Shown here: in pieces, positions 60,631 through 64,000 of the stretch
How positions within the stretch are numbered: position 1 is the stretch's first letter
How the letters are laid out: each line of letters begins with the position of its first letter
NCBI GenBank assembly: GCA_002269645.1
Contig: NIVC01001631.1
Span: 27,886-91,885 of the forward strand
Direction: 5' to 3'
Source of the DNA: Macrostomum lignano
Taxonomy: Eukaryota
Length of the DNA stretch: 64,000 nt
Position numbers and translations under genes: made by a program
The notes under the pieces: generated by a model
The model's input: only the letters and a program-made list of their open reading frames with translations
What the model was told of the DNA's origin: nothing
Database searches by the model: none

Positions 60631-63522
60631 TTAACAGTTGCAGCCGTTTGCCTGCTTGTCGCGGCCTTCCTGCAGACGAGTGCCTGCGAACAACAGAATA
60701 AAAGCACAAGAGTTGATTCTAAAACTATGCACACTTGTTTGCATGTGGCTACTATGAGTACTAGATATATGCTGAATCTTGAGTTTGCAATTCACTAGCC
60801 CGATGATGCTAACTAAAACAAAAAACTGTTGGATTTATGCATCAATGTGCACTATATTAGCGTTAGCGCTTATTGGTGTTAGCTAAAAGTACAATTTATG
60901 TTGAATCGTGTCTCAAACTCAAAGTACACAAGCCTATTGATGATATCTAAAAGTGCAAGAGGATTAATTCCATCTAAAAGTACACTAGACTGACGGTGAT
61001 AAGCTAAAAGTGCACGAGAAAATTAAATTCATCTAAAAGTATATAAGCTTGCTGATTATAGCTAAAAGTGCGCGAGAGAATGAACTTCAATCTAAAAGTA
61101 AACTAGCCTGCTGATGATAGCTAAAAGTGCAGATGCTAAACTAAATCTTACTCACCGGCCCCGGCAGCCAAATTAGGATCGCACTCCAGCGATTCGGCCA
61201 TCTTGTCGCAGATGACGTCAACCAGTCGTTCGAATACGGCTTTGACGTTGATATTCTCTTTAGCGGAAGTCTCAAAGAACTCGAGGCCTGCAGATATTTC
61301 AGCAATGATAAAATATACTCACTTTTAATTGAAATGTCGGAATATTTTTACTAGATAGTTTATCAGAAAAACACTGCTGATTAAAAATTTAAGAAATGTT
61401 ATAATATTAATTCACACTAAATAGTTCCGACATTTTAGGCCACATTAGCAGTTACGAGGAGGATCTCAAATATAAGAATTTCAGCATTTACCAATCTCTT
61501 CAGCCAATCGCTGGCCGCTTAATTCGCTAATAACTCGATAGTCAGCTAGATCGCACTTGTTGCCAACCAGAACTATGGTGGCATCGTGCCAAGCGTGGGC
61601 TCTGATCTGAGTACACCTTTAGAATAAGTCAGTAATAAGTATCTTTTAACAACAGATAACATTCCAAGAGAAATAGAAAAATACGCTTAGGGATATTAGA
61701 AAACAAATGCATTAAATTCACTAAGCAATATAGGAAATGCACAGCACTTACTCCTAACTCATTTCATGCATCAGTTGCATAGGAGTGACATTTAATTTTG
61801 CTCCTAGCATATAAATCGACAGAATAAGACTTATTTAACAATGGATTTCAGTGGAACAGAGTTCAAGCGTGGCAGCTCCGAGAGGGAGATCACAGTTGGG
61901 AGAATCCCGGAGGGGGAATCCCTAAAGAGGAATCTCTACAGGAGACTCCCTAAAAGGGGAATCCCGAAAGGGGAATTCTAAAAGGGAATCCCTAAAGTGG
62001 AATCCTTAAAGGGGAATCCCTAAAGTGGAATCCTTAAAGGGGAATCCCTAAAGGGGAATCCCTAAAGGGGAATCCCTAAAGGGGAATCCCTAAAGGGGAA
62101 TCCCTAAAGGGGAATCCCTAAAGGGAATCCCTAAAGGGGAATCCCTAAAGGGGAATCCCTAAAGGGGAATCCCTAAAGGGGAATCCCTAAAGGGGAATCC
62201 CTAAAGGGGAATCCCTAAAGGGGAATCCCTAAAGGGGAATCCCTAAAGGGGAATCCCTAAAGGGGAATCCCTAAAGGGGAATCCCTAAAGGGGAATCCCT
62301 AAAGGGGAATCCCTAAAGGGGAATCCCTAAAGGGGAATCCCTAAAGGCGAATCCCTAAAGGGGAATCCCTATAGGGGAATCCCTAAAGGGGAATCTCTAA
62401 AGGGGAATCCCTAAAGGGGAATCCCTAAAGGGGAATCCCTAAAGGGGAATCGCTAGAGGGACATTTTTAAATCAAAATCAGAAAGGGGGAATCCAAAGGG
62501 GAATCTATAAAGTGGAGTCCTAACTAAAAATCTCTAAGGATTTTCTCCACAGGAATTTCCATATATCCGGATAAGAGACCTTAGCAGGGGAATCGCAAAC
62601 AAAGAACTTTTCAAATGTTTTTCTCGAATCGCCACCGTACAATATATAATAAGAAAACACAAATACGGTATATAAACACTTATCTTGTGTTCAATGCCAT
62701 TTTCCGCAAGAAATTGTATCTTTTACACAAAAGTAGAATAGAAGAAGCACAAAAGATTGAAAAACATTAATCACTAATAAAAAGATGGCAATGAAGCAAG
62801 TGAACTGCGGTACAATACCCAGATCATGTGCCAGCCTAGCACCGCGCTCAATGGAGACAATGCGACTATCCTCTAAATCGCACTTGTTACCAATTAGAGC
62901 AATTTTGGCTGTGGACCAGGAGTGAGTCTGTATTGCCGTCACCCTGGGCATGGTAGCGATGCGTATGAGAGGCACCTTTGTTTTAAATAAAACACATGTA
63001 ATAGAAATAAAATCTAAAACGACGAATCCAGTTTTTTAGAAAAAAGGCAAAAAACCATCAAAGAAATAATCAGTTGAACAGCAGGAATACCAATTTGTAC
63101 TGTTTATACCGACATATACTCAGCAAGTTTCAATTCCTCGGAATTCAAAATGCTATTTAAAGATATTCCAATGGGATGTCTATCAAAATCATCAGCGCGG
63201 AATCCTCACTCAAATCACGCTTTGGTAGTTGGTACTTTCACTCTTAACTGTTGACTATCAAACTTTAATAAAAAGAACAGTCCAAACAAATTCACCGAAC
63301 CGGAATAAAGAAAAAAGTTAATCGAAGAAGAAAAACTACGCTCGTAATTTGAACCAAAAAACACCGGGATTTTTTAGGGCTTAGAAATTCGCACCGAGCT
63401 CATTTGCCAGCTTTTGCGCCGTTTTGGTGTCGACTCGGCGCTGACCTGGCTGGCAGTCGCACTTGTTGCCTACCAATACAACAACGGCGCCTTGCCAGGC
63501 CTGACCGCGCACCAGCGTCACC
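60631..63522 (-). CDS. Rab3: Rab3, 3' portion (N-terminal exons not found in the window): alternative exons 63522-63395 / 62943-62819 / 61616-61492, then 61287-61156 and 60683-60631
   Basis: [33 protein letters not shown] is a Rab3 signature. The last exon ends GCNC* (CxC prenylation motif). All junctions are GT-AG with consistent phases. Confidence 0.9.
60800..61135. repeat. Old degenerate ~30/59-bp repeat with CTAAAAGT core in the last Rab3 intron
   Basis: CTAAAAGT recurs about every 30 bp. Confidence 0.7.
61492..61616 (-). CDS. Rab3: Rab3 alternative exon variant B (125 nt): [41 protein letters not shown]
   Basis: taaag|G...G|gtaaat; phase 2 in, phase 1 out. Confidence 0.85.
61905..62455. 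repeat. 14-bp minisatellite GGGGAATCCCTAAA between Rab3 alternative exons B and A
   Basis: Direct reading, ~35 near-perfect units. Confidence 0.95.
62819..62943 (-). CDS. Rab3: Rab3 alternative exon variant A (125 nt): [41 protein letters not shown]
   Basis: cccag|G...G|gtattg; phase 2 in, phase 1 out; partly visible in ORF 62691-62975. Confidence 0.85.
63395..63522 (-). CDS. Rab3: Rab3 alternative exon variant C (128 nt): [42 protein letters not shown]
   Basis: taaag|G...G|gtgcga; phase 2 in, phase 1 out; this frame is not shown in the ORF track. Confidence 0.8.
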
Positions 63523-63649
63523 CTTTAGTTGTGTGTGCGTGTGCGGTTTTAGAAGACGCAGGTGGTTGGGGTTGAAGTAAACTAATAAACTGTACACTAA
63601 AGCAAACTCTAGCCCCGACTTTATGTGGACCAGCCGGCAATATCTTGTC

Positions 63650-63860
63650 ATAGCAAGATCTGTGTATCCCAGCCCTACCCCCACCCCATATAAAAGGGAA
63701 CGAGATTCTATGTACGCCAGCCCTACCCCCACCCCAAATAAAAGGGGACGAGATTTTATGTACATCAGCCCTACCCTCAAATAAAAGGGGACGAGATTCT
63801 ATGTACGCCAGCCCTGTCCCAGGACGAGAATCTATGTACCGCCAGCCCTCACCCTGGCCC
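63650..63860. repeat. ~48-bp degenerate tandem repeat (AGCCCTACCCCCACCCCAAATAAAAGGGGACGAGATTCTATGTACGCC)
   Basis: Direct reading, ~4 units. Confidence 0.8.
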
Positions 63861-64000
63861 TCAGATAGATAGATACCGTGAAGGGGACAAGATTTCACGT
63901 ACGCTCGTAAATTTTATTAATTTTAGCTAGGGAGAAGACTAAGGGAGAAGAAAGCGAAGAGATAAAGAAATCAGACGCTACGAAGTTAACTCCAGCTAAA

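Noticed and set aside
52558-63522. Rab39-like, RING-H2 and Rab3 co-oriented as a functional cluster
   Set aside because: The two Rabs belong to different subfamilies and nothing in the sequence indicates co-regulation; adjacency may be chance.

Overview
Eukaryotic (animal) genomic DNA. GC-rich coding exons and minisatellite-stuffed introns suggest a Macrostomum-like flatworm; this is inference and was not checked by search. I reconstructed seven protein genes by hand from GT-AG junctions and reading phase: TMEM192-like (+, 5' partial), ADCK1 (+), a 12-exon ~900-aa membrane protein with five 6-Cys EGF/EB-like modules plus a ZP domain (-), an RNF41/RNF151-type RING E3 (+), an intronless Rab39-like GTPase with His at the catalytic Gln (-), a DZIP3/TTC3-type RING-H2 protein (-) and the 3' half of Rab3 (-). 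About 30 distinct tandem arrays cover roughly 27 kb (~40% of the window, hand estimate) and explain nearly all long ORFs in the supplied track. Mobile elements are a CORE-like tRNA-SINE, a deleted Tc1/IS630-like element nested in a foldback element, and a Crypton-like fragment. The top finding is that Rab3 carries three tandem, phase-matched copies of the exon encoding the alpha3/beta5 effector loop and the NKxD motif. This is a probable mutually exclusive exon cassette that the ORF track largely misses, and an array of ~35 UAGGGA motifs lies between two of the copies. Several genes contain 1-nt frameshifts, which could be assembly indels or real decay.
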